Numbered from the stretch's first letter, positions 23,282-33,244 are shown. The stretch: DNA of 64,000 nucleotides from Thermoanaerobaculia bacterium (GCA_036002325.1 DASYTJ010000026.1:2416-66415); one strand, 5' to 3'. Notes: generated by a model from the sequence alone, not told the origin. Made by a program: numbers and translations.

Positions 23282-24337
23282 TCAGCTTCCAGTATAGCCC
23301 GTCAACCGCTCGATCACCCGATCCCACGTGATCTGCCGCACCTTCGTCTGTCCCGCCAAACCCATCGTTCGGGCCCGTTCGCGGTCACGGAAGAGGACGT
23401 CGATCTGCGCTCCGATCTCGCTCGGCGAGTCGGACGGGCAGACGAAGCCGTTGACGCCGTCCTCCACGAATTCGAGGACGCCGCCCGCGTCCGCGGTGGT
23501 AATGACCGGCTTCGCGGCCTTGAAGGCTTCGACGGTGACGTAGCCGTAGTCCTCGTCGTAAGGCGCATAGAAGACGCCGAGACAGTTGGCGTACTGCTCG
23601 ACGACGTCGCGGTCCTCGATGCGGCCGAGCAGCTCGACCTTCCCTTGCAAACCCAGACGGTCGATCAGCGCGGCCAGGCTCTCGCGCTCGGGGCCGCTGC
23701 CGCCGATAAGGCAGCGAACCGGGGTTTCGGTGTGCTTCATGGCGCGGACCAGCAGATCGAAGCGCTTGAGCGGATCGAGGCGACCGAGGGTGAAGATCGC
23801 GTCGCCGAAGCTGCCCGGGCGAAGCAGCGGATCGAGCTTCGGCGGCGGGTAGAGCACCTCGGCCTCGATCTCGTTGAAACGACGCAGGCGTTCCGCCACG
23901 TTTCCCGAGATGGTATAGACCGCGCGGGCTTCGGAGAGGGTGCGGCGGTCCATGGCGCGGATCATCGCCAGCGCCTTGGCGTCCCGAGGCTCCCGGTCCG
24001 AGAAGTCGCTATAGCGCGTGCCTAGCAGGTCGTACGCCTGCCGGAGCTGGTGGATGAGCCATACGACCTTGTTGGGATGCTTGACGAGATAGGACGGGAA
24101 CCGCGTCGCGATGACCAGGTCGATCCGCCGACCCTCGGCCTCGGTGAGGTTGATCAGCCGCCAAGCGAGGCTGCCCTTCAGCAGCTCGGTGCGGTTGGGC
24201 CAGTGGAACGGCAGCGCGGCGACGTCCACCTCGAAGTCGCGCGAGCGGAGCTCGTCGCGCAGGGAGTCCACCAGCATCTCGGCGCCGCCGTAGGCGAACG
24301 GCACCTGGGTGGCGCAGATGACGATGCGCGGCTTCAC
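23282..24337 (-). CDS. GT4 family (GT-B fold) glycosyltransferase
   Basis: GTG 24337 overlaps the upstream stop (GTGA). C-terminal GT4 signature region FYAPYDEDYGYVTVEAFKAAKPVITTADAGG. The track ORF is over-extended to 24517. Confidence 0.85.
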   Translation of the reverse strand: MKPRIVICATQVPFAYGGAEMLVDSLRDELRSRDFEVDVAALPFHWPNRTELLKGSLAWRLINLTEAEGRRIDLVIATRFPSYLVKHPNKVVWLIHQLRQAYDLLGTRYSDFSDREPRDAKALAMIRAMDRRTLSEARAVYTISGNVAERLRRFNEIEAEVLYPPPKLDPLLRPGSFGDAIFTLGRLDPLKRFDLLVRAMKHTETPVRCLIGGSGPERESLAALIDRLGLQGKVELLGRIEDRDVVEQYANCLGVFYAPYDEDYGYVTVEAFKAAKPVITTADAGGVLEFVEDGVNGFVCPSDSPSEIGAQIDVLFRDRERARTMGLAGQTKVRQITWDRVIERLTGYTGS

Positions 24338-24759
24338 TCGCCGTCCTCGGCGGGCCGGTCCTTCTCCGGGAAGCGTTGCTCCACGGCTTCGAGGCGGGCC
24401 GCGAGCCGGCGCAGCTCGCGGGCGGCGCGTTCCTGCGACTCCGCGAGGTCCTCGATCAGCTTCGCCGCCGACTGGTTGAAGCCGTTCTGCTGCTCGAGGA
24501 CCGGACGCATGAACCACTTGAGGAACAGGTGGAAGAACGCCTTGCGCGCGAAGACGATCAGCCGACCCAGCCGCGGCCGGTGCGAGAGGGCGACCGGCTC
24601 CTGCACGTACTCCTTGGCCTTGAGCGCGAGAAGCGCGTTGCGGGTCTCCTCCCCGCCGGCGGCGAGGGTGGTGGTCTCGGCCCGCCGCTGCCGCACGCCG
24701 GAGCGGACCTGCTGGAGAACCTCGGCGACGCGGAGGTCGTCGGGGGAGGGATCGGACAT
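24334..24759 (-). CDS. Hypothetical coiled-coil protein coupled to the GT4 gene
   Basis: 141 aa. The stop overlaps the GT4 start. Contains SHRPRLGRLIVFARKAFFHLFLKWFMRPVLEQQNGFNQ, a segment I associate with N-termini of polysaccharide-locus methyltransferases (from memory, unverified). Confidence 0.55.
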   Translation of the reverse strand: MSDPSPDDLRVAEVLQQVRSGVRQRRAETTTLAAGGEETRNALLALKAKEYVQEPVALSHRPRLGRLIVFARKAFFHLFLKWFMRPVLEQQNGFNQSAAKLIEDLAESQERAARELRRLAARLEAVEQRFPEKDRPAEDGE

Positions 24760-24772
24760 GATGGTCCGGATT

Positions 24773-27700
24773 CTAGATCACGGGCAGATCCGGCCGGCGG
24801 GACGGTGCATTGTCCTCGGGCTCTTCGGCGATCGAGAGGGAACGGGCGAGTAGCTCGTGGATGACCAGGAGGTCGACCGGCTTGGTCAGGTGATGGTCGA
24901 ATCCCGCCTCCCGCGCGAGGTGCTGGTCCTCCTCCTGTCCATAGCCGGTCAAGGCCACGAGCAGGGCTCTTGCGGTCCGCCGACGCCGCCGCAGCCGGCT
25001 GGCGACCTGGTAACCATCCAGCCCGGGCAAGCCGATGTCGAGCAGGACGACCTCGGGATGGAACGAGTGGGCCTTCGCCAGCGCCGCCGGTCCGTCGTGA
25101 GCGGTCTCTACTTGGTGCCCCTTCAAGCGCAGGAGGAGGGCCAGACTCTCGGCCGTATCCACGTTATCGTCCACCACCAGGACGCGGCGCGGCGGGACAA
25201 CGAGAGGGGAGAGCGCCGGACTTACGACGATCCTGTCCGCGGCCTCGCCGTGGCGTTCCGGCGCCGTCTCCGCCGGTGGCAGGACGGGCAAGCGCACGAC
25301 GAGCTCGCTGCCCTGTCCCGGCCCCGCGCTATGGGCTTCGACGCTGCCGCCGTGCAGCTCTACCAGGCGTTGCACCACCGTCAATCCGATCCCCAACCCT
25401 CCCCGCGCCCGATCGGACGAGCGGTCCGCCTGCACGAACAGGTCAAAGACGCGCGGCAGCGTTTCCGGAGCCATGCCGATGCCGTCGTCGCGCACTCGCA
25501 CGACGACCCCGCCGGGAGGCTGGGGCCCGCCGACCGCCGGCTCCGCCGTCACCCAGAGATGCCCGCCCCTGAGGGTGAACTTGGAGGCGTTGTTCAGCAG
25601 GTTGCCGAAGACCTGTTCCAGCCGGACGGGGTCCGCGTCGAGGAAGACCGGCTCGCCCGGCAGCGACAGCGACAGCTCCTGGCCGCGCGACTCGATGAGG
25701 TGCCGGGTCAGCCCCACCGCCCGCTCGAGAACGGTCGCCAGCTCCACCCGCTCTCTTTGCAGACCGACCTTTCCCCCGGTGATGCGGGACACGTCGAGCA
25801 GGTCGTCGATCAGCCGGGCCATGTTGCGAATCTGCCGGTTCATCATGGCCCGCGCCTGCTCGACCGCGGCGCCATCGGCGTTGGCGGTCTCCAGCACCTG
25901 CGCGGCATTGAGCAGGGGTGCCAGGGGGTTGCGCAGCTCGTGAGCCAGGAGGGCCAGGAACTCGTTCTTGCTGCGGTCGGCCGCGGCCAGCTCCTCGACG
26001 CGCTGGTGTAGAACCTCTTCCAGTTGCTTGAGCTTGTCCACGTCGACGAGCAGGATCACCGCGCCGTCGATCTCGTTCTCCAGGGTCCGGTACGGCCGGA
26101 CGCGCAGCGAATACCAGCGCCTCTGGCTGTCCTGGACCTCGCGTTCCCTGGGGCTCGCCGTGTCGATCACCTCCGCCAGCAAGGGCTCCAGATCGGGAAC
26201 GCTGAGCTTGAGCTTGATGTCGCCGATCGGCCGGCCGACGTCGGTGGGGACCAGGTTGAAGATCTCTCCCGCCCTCGGCGTGAAGCGCCGGACGCGCAGG
26301 TCCGGCCCCAACATGATGATGGCCATCTCGACGCTGCCGAGAAGGTTGATCAGATCGTTGCTGAGCTGGTTGAGCTCCAGGTTGCGGTTCTGCAGCTCGT
26401 CGTTGACCGTGGCCAGCTCTTCGTTGCTCGACTGGATCTCCTCCTTGGAGGTCTCCAGCTCTTCGTTGATGCTCTGCAGCTCCTCGTTGGCCGACTGCAC
26501 CTCCTCATTGGCCGACTGCAGCTCTTCGTTGGCGGCTTCCTGCTGCTCGATCACCGATTGCAGGTATTCGCCCGTGGCGGCCAGCTCCCGCGCCAACCGG
26601 GCGTTCTCCCGTTCTACGGCTTCCTCCTCCGAGACAGCCCGGGGCCGGGACCTCGGGGCCTTGCCCCTGCCCCTGCTCCCCCGCGGCGGAGAGGCAGGTG
26701 ATGGAGCGGGCTCTTCGAACAGGACCAGGAAGCCGCGTTCCCCTGCCGAGCTTCCTTTCAGTGGAACCACCTCCAGGTTGACCTCCCGGGTGCCGCCATC
26801 AGACTTGACCCGCACCCCCTCCTCGCGGACCGGGGCGTCGTCCTTCCTGGCCCTGTTGACCGCGGCCCGCAGGGTGACCAGCAGCCCTTCCCGCGTCATC
26901 CTGAGCAGGTTCAGGCTGGCTTTGCCCGGCGCCGGCGCCAGATAGGGTCCGGTGTCGCCGCGGAACTGCAGGATCTCCAGATCGGCGTTGACCAGCACGC
27001 CGGGCGGGGCGTATCTCGCCATGAGGATGCGGTCGGCCTCTTTCTGCACCTCGGATACGGCCCCGGCTGGCTGCCAGCGGCCCGGGCCGTGGCCGGGCCC
27101 GCTTCGACCCTGGTAGAGGCCGGCAGCCTGGCCGAGGGTCACCCGGTGCGTCCCCGGCTTCTTGGCGTAGATCTTGTGCTTGGCGTCTTCGGCCTCGAAC
27201 AAAGTGCGGTAGGAGCCGATCGTCTCCGAGCTCCCCAGCAAGAGGAAGCCGGCCGGCTTCAAAGCAAAGTGCAGGCGTGGCACGAGCTTCTGTTGCAGCG
27301 CCGGCTCCAGGTAGATCAGCAGGTTGCGGCAACTGACGAGGTCGATCTGGGAGAAGGGCGGGTCGGTCAGCACGTTGTGCCGGGCGAACACGCACATGTC
27401 GCGGATCGGCTTGCTGATGCGGTAGCTGCCGTCCACCTCCGCGAAGAACCGCCGCAGGCGCTCCGGCGAGACGTCGTGCGCGATGTTCTGCGAGTACACG
27501 CCCTTGCGGGCCTTGTCGATGCACTCTTCGTTCAGGTCGGTGGCGTAGACCTGGACCGGGAGCTGGCTGCCCCTGGCCGCGGCGAGCTCGGCGAAGAGGA
27601 TGGCGATGGAGAACGCCTCCTCGCCGGTCGAGCAGCCCGGCACCCAGACGCGCAGCGGCTCTTGCCCGGAGCGGTTCTTGAACAGCTTGGGCAAAACCCT

Positions 27701-28657
27701 CGTCTTGAGCGCCTCGAACGTCTCCGGGTTGCGGAAGAAGCTCGTCACTCTGACCAGGGTGTCCTGGTAGAGGGCCTCCACCTCGCCGGGATTCTTCCGC
27801 AGGAAGCGCGCGTAGTCCGGCAACCCCTGCATCTTGTGCAGGACCATGCGGCGGCTGATGCGGCGGTAGAGGGTGTTCGCTTTGTAGAGGCTGAAATCGA
27901 CGCCCTTGACCTTGCGCAGGATCTCCAGGATCTTGCCGAGGTCGGGCTCGCCCGCGGACGCCTGGCGCCGGTCCGGCGCCACGTACGGATGCCGGGCGAG
28001 GCGCCCGATCTCCTTGGCGATCTCGTCCGGAGGGAGCACGAAGTCCACGCAGCCGCTGGCAACGGCGCTTTGCGGCATGCTGCTCTGTTGGGCCGTGTTG
28101 TCCTGAGCGAAAGTGATCCCGCCCTCGGCCTTGATCGCCTCCAGCCCCAAGGTGCCGTCGGTGGCGGTGCCGGAGAGGATCACGCCGATCGCTCTCTGCC
28201 CCTGCTCCTTCGCCAGGGAGCGGAGGAAGAAATCGATCGGGTGGTGCCGGCCGCGAGCTTCCTCCCGGGGAAGCAGTTGCAGGACTCCCCGCGAGATGAC
28301 CATGTTGCGGTCGGGAGGGATGACGTAGACGCGGTCCGGCTTCACCCGCAGCTCATCCTGGACTTCCGTGACCGGCATCGCGGTCGTCCGGGACAGGATC
28401 TCCGCCAACAGGCTGGGGTGTTTGGGGGCCAGGTGCTGCACCAGGACGAAGGCCATGCCGGTGTCGACCGGCAGCGCGCCGAGCATCTGGATGAAGGCCT
28501 CGAGCCCGCCGGCCGAGGCGCCGACGCCGACGATCGGGAAAGGGGAGCTTGCGGCCTGCGCGCTGGTTTCTTCCACTGGAGGTTCAGCCGCGGCAGGCGG
28601 AGCCGGTTCGGTTTCGGGAGGTGAGGGTGAGGTTGGCCTCCGTCTTCGGGCCGCCAT
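24773..28657 (-). CDS. CheB methylesterase - CheR methyltransferase - PAS - hybrid histidine kinase with a C-terminal receiver
   Basis: ATG 28657. CheB (IVGVGASAGGLEAF...VLVQH), CheR (VWVPGCSTGEEAFSIAILF), NEEL-type coiled coil, HisKA (LAHELRNPL), HATPase (GGLGIGLTVV) and REC (VLVVDDNVDTAE). The track ORF extends to 28786. Confidence 0.9.
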   Translation of the reverse strand: MAARRRRPTSPSPPETEPAPPAAAEPPVEETSAQAASSPFPIVGVGASAGGLEAFIQMLGALPVDTGMAFVLVQHLAPKHPSLLAEILSRTTAMPVTEVQDELRVKPDRVYVIPPDRNMVISRGVLQLLPREEARGRHHPIDFFLRSLAKEQGQRAIGVILSGTATDGTLGLEAIKAEGGITFAQDNTAQQSSMPQSAVASGCVDFVLPPDEIAKEIGRLARHPYVAPDRRQASAGEPDLGKILEILRKVKGVDFSLYKANTLYRRISRRMVLHKMQGLPDYARFLRKNPGEVEALYQDTLVRVTSFFRNPETFEALKTRVLPKLFKNRSGQEPLRVWVPGCSTGEEAFSIAILFAELAAARGSQLPVQVYATDLNEECIDKARKGVYSQNIAHDVSPERLRRFFAEVDGSYRISKPIRDMCVFARHNVLTDPPFSQIDLVSCRNLLIYLEPALQQKLVPRLHFALKPAGFLLLGSSETIGSYRTLFEAEDAKHKIYAKKPGTHRVTLGQAAGLYQGRSGPGHGPGRWQPAGAVSEVQKEADRILMARYAPPGVLVNADLEILQFRGDTGPYLAPAPGKASLNLLRMTREGLLVTLRAAVNRARKDDAPVREEGVRVKSDGGTREVNLEVVPLKGSSAGERGFLVLFEEPAPSPASPPRGSRGRGKAPRSRPRAVSEEEAVERENARLARELAATGEYLQSVIEQQEAANEELQSANEEVQSANEELQSINEELETSKEEIQSSNEELATVNDELQNRNLELNQLSNDLINLLGSVEMAIIMLGPDLRVRRFTPRAGEIFNLVPTDVGRPIGDIKLKLSVPDLEPLLAEVIDTASPREREVQDSQRRWYSLRVRPYRTLENEIDGAVILLVDVDKLKQLEEVLHQRVEELAAADRSKNEFLALLAHELRNPLAPLLNAAQVLETANADGAAVEQARAMMNRQIRNMARLIDDLLDVSRITGGKVGLQRERVELATVLERAVGLTRHLIESRGQELSLSLPGEPVFLDADPVRLEQVFGNLLNNASKFTLRGGHLWVTAEPAVGGPQPPGGVVVRVRDDGIGMAPETLPRVFDLFVQADRSSDRARGGLGIGLTVVQRLVELHGGSVEAHSAGPGQGSELVVRLPVLPPAETAPERHGEAADRIVVSPALSPLVVPPRRVLVVDDNVDTAESLALLLRLKGHQVETAHDGPAALAKAHSFHPEVVLLDIGLPGLDGYQVASRLRRRRRTARALLVALTGYGQEEDQHLAREAGFDHHLTKPVDLLVIHELLARSLSIAEEPEDNAPSRRPDLPVI

Positions 28658-28773
28658 GGGAACGTAGACTACAACGTTTCGGTGCCGAAGGGGAGTGGCT
28701 CGGCACATTTCCTGCATATCCCATTTCGGGTTCCTCTGTCCCCTCTCGGCATGGCAGTTGCAGTGGAGATTTA

Positions 28774-28817
28774 ACGCAGTACTCAAGCTGTAGCGACGCA
28801 GTACTCAAGCTGTAGCG
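28774..28817. repeat. Perfect 22-bp tandem direct repeat (x2) immediately upstream of the XRE regulator gene
   Basis: ACGCAGTACTCAAGCTGTAGCG at 28774-28795 and again at 28796-28817, in the divergent intergenic region. Confidence 0.85.
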
Positions 28818-28838
28818 CCAAGGGAGGGTGTGTGTACG

Positions 28839-29069
28839 ATGGGGACGATTGATCAGGCCGAATATCAGATCATGGTTGATCGCCTGCGGCAGGCTCGCGA
28901 GAAATCCGGGCTGACCCAGGACGAGGTGGCCGAGGAGCTCAGGAAGCCGCAATCGTACGTCAGCAAGGTGGAGAATGGGGATCGCCGGATCGACCCGGTC
29001 GAGCTCTGCTACTTCGCGGCGCTTTACGGCAAGTCGATTACCTGGTTCGTGAACGAGAAGTGCGCCTAG
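28839..29069 (+). CDS. XRE-family helix-turn-helix transcriptional regulator
   Basis: GGGAGGG lies 10 nt upstream of ATG 28839. HTH_3-type sequence LRQAREKSGLTQDEVAEELRKPQSYVSKVENGDRRID. Confidence 0.85.
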   Translation: MGTIDQAEYQIMVDRLRQAREKSGLTQDEVAEELRKPQSYVSKVENGDRRIDPVELCYFAALYGKSITWFVNEKCA

Positions 29070-29209
29070 AGCGAGGGGCCGTAGCTTGAGCTGGCTCGCT
29101 TCGTGCAGTGACGTCCTTCCGGTTTCACCTTAGAGTTCCGGCCCTCTTTCGCGGCAGGCGTTGCGCGCCAGAGCGGTCCGAGGACTACCACCTACTGGAA
29201 GGAACGCTG

Positions 29210-29656
29210 ATGAAACGACACATGGTTCTGGGTCTCTCGGCCCTCCTGCTCTCCCTGATCGCGGTGGCTCCGGCCGCCGGCGACGTGTCCAAGACGACGA
29301 TCTGCCGGATGGACTACACGCTCAAGAGTTGGTCGGCTTTTTACAAAACGTCGCGCGGATCGGGAACGATCACCTGCGACAACGGACAGACGGCGCGAGC
29401 GAAGATCTCCGCCAAGGGCGGCGGCCTGACGGCCGGCAAGTCCGAGGTCCGTGAGGGTCACGGCAAGTTCTCCGAGGTCGCCGACATCAAGGAATTGTTC
29501 GGCAGCTATGCCAGCGCCACCGCCGCCGCGGGCGCCGTCCAGTCTGCCGAAGCACAGGCCCTCACCAAGGGAGAGGTCTCCCTGGCCCTGGCCGGCAACG
29601 GGACGGGCGTGGAGCTCGGCGTGAGCTTCGGCAAGTTCACCATCACCAGGCGGTGA
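29210..29656 (+). CDS. Secreted hypothetical protein (148 aa)
   Basis: ATG 29210. Signal MKRHMVLGLSALLLSLIAVAPAAG. Two Cys residues. No recognisable family. Confidence 0.6.
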   Translation: MKRHMVLGLSALLLSLIAVAPAAGDVSKTTICRMDYTLKSWSAFYKTSRGSGTITCDNGQTARAKISAKGGGLTAGKSEVREGHGKFSEVADIKELFGSYASATAAAGAVQSAEAQALTKGEVSLALAGNGTGVELGVSFGKFTITRR

Positions 29657-29662
29657 TCCCTC

Positions 29663-29698
29663 CGCGGCCGCCGCGCGCCTGCGCGAGCGGCGGCCGCG
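29663..29698 (+). terminator. GC-rich hairpin after the secreted-protein gene (possible terminator, no U-tract)
   Basis: CGCGGCCGCCGC-N12-GCGGCGGCCGCG starting 7 nt after stop 29656. Confidence 0.35.
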
Positions 29699-29716
29699 AC
29701 TCGACCTTGAATTCCC

Positions 29717-31408
29717 GTGCGAGGAAAGACCAACGACCGCAGCCGTGAGGTTGCCGCGCTTCTGGCGGCGGCGCGCGCGGTGCTGGAGAACCGCGCCTTC
29801 GCCGACGCGGCGCGCGCGGTCCTGGGGCCGTGCAAGACGATCCTCGGCGCCGATGCCGGCCTCGTCGCCGTGTGCGCGGCGGACGGCAAGGGCTTCGCGG
29901 TCGCCCTCCTCGATCCCGGCAACTTCGAGCTCGGCTCCGCCGCCGGCCTGCCCGCGCCGCTCCGCCGCCTGAGCGCCCTCGCCGCCAAGGGCCGCACCGT
30001 CTTCGCCAACGACCTGTCGAAAAGCACAGCGAAGGAGTCCCCTCCCGGGCGCCGCTCAGTTCCGGAGAGCGCGCTGCTGGCGCCGATCATCATCGCCGGC
30101 GACGCGGCGGGGCTCCTCGGCCTGATCGACAAGCCCGGGGGCTTCTCGGCGGCCGACTGCGAGCTCGCCGAGGTTTTTGCCGAGATGATCGCGGTGGCGA
30201 TGCTCCGGCACGAGGCCGAGCAGCGCGCCCGGCACGTCGCCGACTCGCTGCGCGAGGCGACCGTGGCGCTCACCCGCAGCCTCGACCGCGAGACCGTGCT
30301 GACGACCCTGCTCGATCGCCTGCGGCGGATGGTCCCTTTCGACCGCGCCACCGTCATGCTCGTCGACGAGGCGTCGCGGGTCTCCGTCCGGGCCGTCTTC
30401 GACGGCGACCGCGTCGTTCCTCTGACGCCCGAGGTGCGGCCGGAGTTCGATCCGACCGATCATCCGATCGTCCACGGCATTTTGACGACCGGCACGGCGG
30501 TACTGATTCCCGACGTCCGCGCCCATCCCGAGTGGAGCCTGCCAACGGATGGCTCGTCCGAGGCGAGTTGGATGGGGATCCCGCTGTTCGCGCGCGGCGA
30601 AGTGGCCGGTTTGGTCTCGCTGTCCAAGCGCGAGCCCGGCTACTTCAGCGACGAGCACGTAAGGCTGGCCGAGGCGATGTCGTCCCAGGCTTCGGTGGCC
30701 GTCGAGAACGCGGTTCTCTTCGAGCAGATGCAGGCATCGACGGCAAGGATGCAGTCGCTTTCACGCCGCCTCGTCGAAGTGCAGGAAAGCGAGCGGCGCC
30801 ACATTGCCCGCGAGCTTCACGACGAGGCGGGTCAGGCCCTGGTATCGCTGCGCTACGGACTCCGCTTGCTGGAGAGGGAAATCGACGCGGGCGGAAGCGT
30901 TACCGAACGGGTGGCGGAGCTCGTGCAGCGGACCGATGCCGTCATCGACAGCCTGCACCGTCTGGCCGCAGACCTGCGGCCGGTGAGCCTGGATCACCTG
31001 GGGCTCGATGCGGCTCTCCGCCAATACTCGCGGTCGGCGGGGTCCGAGCTCGGCCTCGAGGTCCGTTTCAAGGCGCGCGGGTTCACCAGCGAGCGTCTCC
31101 CGGCGGCGGTGGAGACGGATCTCTACCGCGTGGTCCAGGAGGCGATGACCAACGTCGCGCGCCACGCCCGCGCCACCCGGGTCGACGTGTTGGTGGAGCG
31201 CCGCGGCGACCGGGTCCTGGTGATGGTCGAGGACGACGGCGTCGGGTTCGAACCGGAGCTGGCCCAGCTCGGAGATCACTTCGGTCTCCTGGGCATAAGG
31301 GAGCGAGCCGAGGCCCTGGGCGGGACCCTGGCGGTGGAAAGCGCGCCCGGGGCAGGGACCACCGTCGTGGTGGAGGTGCCGAGTGTCGATCCGCATCCTG
31401 ATCGCTGA
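29717..31408 (+). CDS. GAF-domain sensor histidine kinase (NarX/DegS-type HisKA_3)
   Basis: GTG 29717. Two GAF-like regions. HisKA_3 H-box ERRHIARELHDEAGQAL. HATPase motifs (NVARHA, DDGVGF, GTTVVVEVP). Confidence 0.9.
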   Translation: MRGKTNDRSREVAALLAAARAVLENRAFADAARAVLGPCKTILGADAGLVAVCAADGKGFAVALLDPGNFELGSAAGLPAPLRRLSALAAKGRTVFANDLSKSTAKESPPGRRSVPESALLAPIIIAGDAAGLLGLIDKPGGFSAADCELAEVFAEMIAVAMLRHEAEQRARHVADSLREATVALTRSLDRETVLTTLLDRLRRMVPFDRATVMLVDEASRVSVRAVFDGDRVVPLTPEVRPEFDPTDHPIVHGILTTGTAVLIPDVRAHPEWSLPTDGSSEASWMGIPLFARGEVAGLVSLSKREPGYFSDEHVRLAEAMSSQASVAVENAVLFEQMQASTARMQSLSRRLVEVQESERRHIARELHDEAGQALVSLRYGLRLLEREIDAGGSVTERVAELVQRTDAVIDSLHRLAADLRPVSLDHLGLDAALRQYSRSAGSELGLEVRFKARGFTSERLPAAVETDLYRVVQEAMTNVARHARATRVDVLVERRGDRVLVMVEDDGVGFEPELAQLGDHFGLLGIRERAEALGGTLAVESAPGAGTTVVVEVPSVDPHPDR

Positions 31409-32021
31409 CGACCACTCGATCGTCCGGTCCGGTCTCCGGGCGCTGCTGCGAGCCGATCCCGATCTCGAGGTCGTCGGCGAGGCGGGAGATGGCGGGGAGA
31501 CGCTGCGCTTCGCCGAGACGCTGCGCCCCGATATGGTTTTGCTCGACATCACCATGCCGCCCGAGAACGGCATCAAGACCGCGCAGCGGCTGAAGGAAAG
31601 GCACCCGGAGCTCATCGTGCTGTTCCTCACCATGCACGAGGACGAGAGCCTGCTGCACGAAGCGCTGCGCGCCGGCGCCGCCGGCTACGTGATCAAGCGT
31701 GCCGAGGAGTCCGAGATCATCCAGGCGATCCATGCGGCGAGCCGCGGCGACATCTACGTGCACCCCGCGATGACCCGCGCGCTCCTTCACCAGCCTGTTA
31801 CAACGGAGCACCGGCGCGGGTCGCCGGTGGATGCGCTCACCCCGCGCGAACTCGACGTCTTGCGCCTCCTCGCCAGAGGCAACACCAACCGGCAGATCGC
31901 CGGCCTGCTCGGCCTGTCGATCCGCACCGTCGAGAACCACCGTGCCAACCTGATGGGCAAGCTCGGGCTGGTCAGCCGGGTCGAGCTGGTGAATTATGCC
32001 GAGGAGCACAACCTGCTCTGA
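31383..32021 (+). CDS. NarL/FixJ (LuxR-type) response regulator
   Basis: GTG 31383 overlaps the kinase 3' end. REC (ILIADDHSIVRSGL...MVLLDITMP) plus a LuxR HTH (LTPRELDVLRLLARGNTNRQIAGLLGLSIRTVENHR). Confidence 0.9.
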   Translation: MSIRILIADDHSIVRSGLRALLRADPDLEVVGEAGDGGETLRFAETLRPDMVLLDITMPPENGIKTAQRLKERHPELIVLFLTMHEDESLLHEALRAGAAGYVIKRAEESEIIQAIHAASRGDIYVHPAMTRALLHQPVTTEHRRGSPVDALTPRELDVLRLLARGNTNRQIAGLLGLSIRTVENHRANLMGKLGLVSRVELVNYAEEHNLL

Positions 32022-32125
32022 ACGCCACACTGGTCCCGAGACCTTGACAACTCCGTAGAAACGACGTCGCCCGCCCGGGTTGCCCCGAGCGGGCCCTATG
32101 TCCTGCACGCCCTCGCAAGGCAGAC

Positions 32126-32680
32126 CTACGCCTTGTGAACGGAGAGAACTTTGGTCACGCCTGTGACGTATTTGATGGCCTTGGCCGCCTCTGCGCGTCG
32201 CGCGGCGGTGAAATCTTGGCCGAACCTGAGCGTCACCACGCCGTTGGCGGCCTCGGTACCGATCTTGAATCCATCCGAGCCCATCTTCTTGACCAACGCA
32301 AGGCGGACCCGCGTCGCGAGGACGGCATCCTTCACTTCGGCCTCGGCTTCACCGGCTGCGACACCGGCCTTGTCGGGATTCTCCACGCCGGCTTCGAGGA
32401 CGATGTCGTTCTGCACGCTGGTCACGCCGGCGACCGACTTGGCGATCGTCCCGGCGAGCTCGCGGGTCTCGCGCTTGTCGACCGTTCCCTTGAGCTGCAG
32501 GGCTCCGGCGTTGGAATCGACGTCCACGTGCAGGCTGTCGGTGCCCAGTTTGTTGAGCAGAGCGAGCTTGACGTTCAATGTAGTGGTCCAATCCGCCTGG
32601 TTGTCCGCGGCGTTTGCCGCGGTTCCACCGATCAGCACCGCGCCGATCAGAACTATCTTTACCAGCATCTTCGTTTGCAT
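32126..32680 (-). CDS. Secreted BON-domain (OsmY-like) protein with two BON repeats
   Basis: Signal MLVKIVLIGAVLIGGTAANA. BON-like repeats (VKLALLNKLGTDSLHVDVDSNAGALQLKGTV...; VRLALVKKMGSDGFKIGTEAANGVVTLRF). Confidence 0.8.
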   Translation of the reverse strand: MQTKMLVKIVLIGAVLIGGTAANAADNQADWTTTLNVKLALLNKLGTDSLHVDVDSNAGALQLKGTVDKRETRELAGTIAKSVAGVTSVQNDIVLEAGVENPDKAGVAAGEAEAEVKDAVLATRVRLALVKKMGSDGFKIGTEAANGVVTLRFGQDFTAARRAEAAKAIKYVTGVTKVLSVHKA

Positions 32681-32737
32681 GAGCTACCGTCCTTTCAGGA
32701 GCGGCCTCTAACTTAGCCTTTCGATCCGCCGCCCGTA

Positions 32738-32785
32738 GAGCACTTACTACCCGGCAGCCGGGCCGGGACGTAGGTAGAAACCACC
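32738..32785 (-). promoter_or_regulatory. Conserved bipartite upstream motif, copy A (faces the BON gene)
   Basis: Minus-strand reading GGTGGTTTCTACCTAC-N16-CGGGTAGTAAGTGCTC. It ends 57 nt before ATG 32680. Confidence 0.6.
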
Positions 32786-32803
32786 CCCCTGGCCCACCGT
32801 GCC

Positions 32804-33007
32804 CTACTTCTTGATCGCCTTGGCAACCCCGCCGACGAACTCGCCGACCTTTCGACGCGCCTTGCCCAGGCTCTCCTCGACGGCGCCGCCGGCGCGCTGC
32901 CGGGAGCCCTCCCGCTCCAGTGCGCTGTTGCCGGTGATGATGCCGGCGGCTTGCTTCACCCGCCCCTTCACCTGCTTCACCTTGGCGCGCGATTCTCGCT
33001 GTCTCAT
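32804..33007 (-). CDS. csbD: CsbD-family stress protein (67 aa)
   Basis: AAGGAGA upstream of ATG 33007. KVKQVKGRVKQAAGIITGNSALEREGSRQRAGGAVEESLGKARRKVGEF is typical of CsbD. Confidence 0.8.
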   Translation of the reverse strand: MRQRESRAKVKQVKGRVKQAAGIITGNSALEREGSRQRAGGAVEESLGKARRKVGEFVGGVAKAIKK

Positions 33008-33098
33008 GGCGTCTCCTTTGCGGATCTCGAAGATCCGTGTCGTGGCCCTTGCGCTTCGTGCGGGACCGTCATCAAACCTAGTCCTCCGACGCCCCACC

Positions 33099-33194
33099 GG
33101 GAAGAGCACTTTCTACCCAGGAGCACCCGCCGCCTAGCGGGTAGAAACTACGGCGCCGGCGTCCCTGCTCCCACGTAGTAAGTGCTCTTCCCGG
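33099..33194. promoter_or_regulatory. Two back-to-back copies (B1 facing csbD, B2 facing the Trp-rich protein gene) of the bipartite motif, sharing one GGGTAGAAAC block
   Basis: B1 (minus reading) is GTAGTTTCTACCCGC-N17-TGGGTAGAAAGTGCTCTTCCC. B2 (plus reading) is GGGTAGAAACTACGG-N17-CACGTAGTAAGTGCTCTTCCCGG. Confidence 0.6.
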
Positions 33195-33244
33195 CGGCGG
33201 CTCGAAGGGCTAGGTTGGGGATGTTCTTGAAAGGACGGTACCTC

